Assembly (NCBI GenBank): GCA_950097015.1
Contig: CATNEN010000007.1
Location: 2,604,001-2,668,000 of the forward strand
DNA from: Macrostomum hystrix
Taxonomy: Eukaryota; Animalia; Platyhelminthes
Reading direction: 5' to 3'
DNA: 64,000 bases
The translations under genes were made by a program, and so were the position numbers. The notes beneath the pieces were generated by a model that was not told the origin of the DNA, did no database searches, and saw nothing but the letters and a program-made list of their open reading frames with translations. Position 1 is the first letter of the stretch. Each line of letters begins with the position of its first letter. This document shows, in pieces, positions 62,325 through 64,000 of the stretch.

Positions 62325-62820
62325 GACTAGGTTGAATGCGGGATATTTAGGAAACTAGATTGAATGCGGGATATTTAGGAAACTAGATTGAATTTGGGAT
62401 ATTTAGGAAACTAGATTGAATTTGGGATATTAAGGGAACTAGATTGAATTTGGGATATTTAGGAAACTAGATTGAATGCGGGATATTTAGGAATATAGAT
62501 TGAATTTGGGATATTTAGGAAAATAGATTGAATTTGGGATATTTAGGAAAATATATTGAATTTGGGATATTTAGGAAAATATATTGAATTTGGGATATTT
62601 AGGAAAATATATTGAATTTGGGATATTAAGGGAACTAGATTGAATTTGGGATATTTAGGAAACTAGATTGAATGCGGGATATTTAGGAAACTAGATTGAA
62701 TGCGGGATATTTAGGAAACTAGATTGAATTTGGGATATTTAGGAAACTAGATTGAATGTAGGATATTAAGGGAACTAGATTGAATGTAGGATATTTAGGA
62801 AACTAGATTGAATGTGGGAT
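62325..62820. repeat. 28 bp minisatellite (atttaggaaactagattgaatttgggat) just 3' of SF3B3
   Basis: Period 28 measured 62401 to 62429. Confidence 0.9.
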
Positions 62821-63274
62821 ATTTATTGGATAATTAAAGGTGGGATTAGAATAATGATTTATTACATAGAAATATGAGATTAACAATATGATGTATCAAG
62901 GCAAGCAGGTGGTTTGGAATTGCCATGAAACGCTAAGTAGGCATGAAGCTTTAATGTTAATATTGCTGATGAATAAAATAATGGCGCTGGTTCATTTTGG
63001 AATTTGGATTGCAATCATTGACTCGGAGAGAGTAATGCACTGGTCACTCTTTGTCTATTTAAACGTGGCGCTGGCTGTATGCTGATGCATTACATTTCCT
63101 GCGTCCTTAGTTACATTTTTAAAACAATTTCCAAACCGCCTACCGCAGAGTAGTAATCTGCGGTGACTTCGTGTTAAATAAATTTGCAGCTAGTTGCATT
63201 CGTTTGCAACAATTACCATACGCAAAACACGCTTTTGCCTTCAAAAATAATTAGCATGGAACTGTGCGCATCGG

Positions 63275-63990
63275 TTGGTGATAGTCGACCCGCATACAGC
63301 GAGCAGCCAATTCCACTGGCCGCTGAGCACACACAGGCACACGTATGCGTACACAGGCACACTGATGTGTACACAGGCACACGGATGCGTACACAGGCAC
63401 AAAAATGTGTATACAGGCACATGGATGCGTACAGAGGCACACAAATGTGTACACAGGCACACGGATGCGTACACAAGCACAAAAATGTGTATACAGGCAG
63501 ATGGATGCGTACAGAGGCACACAAATGTGTACACAGGCACACGGATGCGTACACAGGCACAAAAATGTGTATACAGGCAGATGGATGCGTACAGAGGCAC
63601 ACAAATGTGTACACAGGCAGATGGATGCGTACAGAGGCACACAAATGTGTACACAGGCACACGGATGCGTACACAGGCACAAAAATGTGTATACAGGCAG
63701 ATGGATGCGTACAGAGGCACACAAATGTGTACACAGGCAGATGGATGCGTACAGAGGCACACAAATGTGTACACAGGCAGATGGATGCGTACACAAGCAT
63801 AGGGATATGTACACAGGCACACTCACTGAGTTCTCACATTTTCTCACACTCAAATCTGCAAGTCTCATCGTCAGGCAGTGTACACTCTCATTGTGCCCTT
63901 GGGATTGACCCTCTGGGGCGTAAAACTGCTGGTCAAGACCCCAATGTGGCCTCGCAGCGGATTCGAGCTCATGAACCTCTCATGCGATAG
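63275..63990 (-). mobile_element. SINE family A copy whose central CA-rich tract is expanded into a 20 bp-unit minisatellite (63335..63815)
   Basis: Flanks gacccgca..cagcgagcagc.aattc..cgctga and tctcatcgtcaggcagtgtaca..aatgtggcctcgcagcggattcgagctca match the 59425 copy on both sides of the array. Confidence 0.8.
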
Positions 63991-64000
63991 TCGCTGAAGA

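Overview
Eukaryotic (animal) genomic DNA with spliced genes and abundant minisatellites. GC-rich exons with Gly/Ala/Ser runs and introns filled by tandem repeats suggest a free-living flatworm such as Macrostomum; this is an inference, not confirmed. Five genes can be built by hand from homology and phase-consistent splice sites. Minus strand, in tandem: a 7-exon FMR1/FXR orthologue (20759..9530), CHMP6/VPS20 (7566..6901), and the first two exons of an unidentified type II membrane protein (4940..769, running off the window). Plus strand: a 4-exon muscarinic acetylcholine receptor (27038..33226), an intronless Di-Ras GTPase (45199..45864) and an 11-exon SF3B3 (49538..62159). Mobile DNA includes a non-autonomous Helitron with both termini inside SF3B3 intron 1 (with a nested MITE), a P-superfamily foldback element with long TIRs, an 8-bp TSD and a THAP remnant just 3' of the receptor, and at least two tRNA-derived SINE families. 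The best lead is CHMP6: its coding sequence starts at Gly2 directly after a 3' splice site, and I found no ATG|GT donor upstream. This fits the start codon being supplied by the 3'-terminal AUG of a flatworm spliced leader, possibly within an operon-like cluster. The very long ORFs in the ORF track are by-products of tandem repeats. Coordinates were counted by hand; repeat boundaries are approximate.
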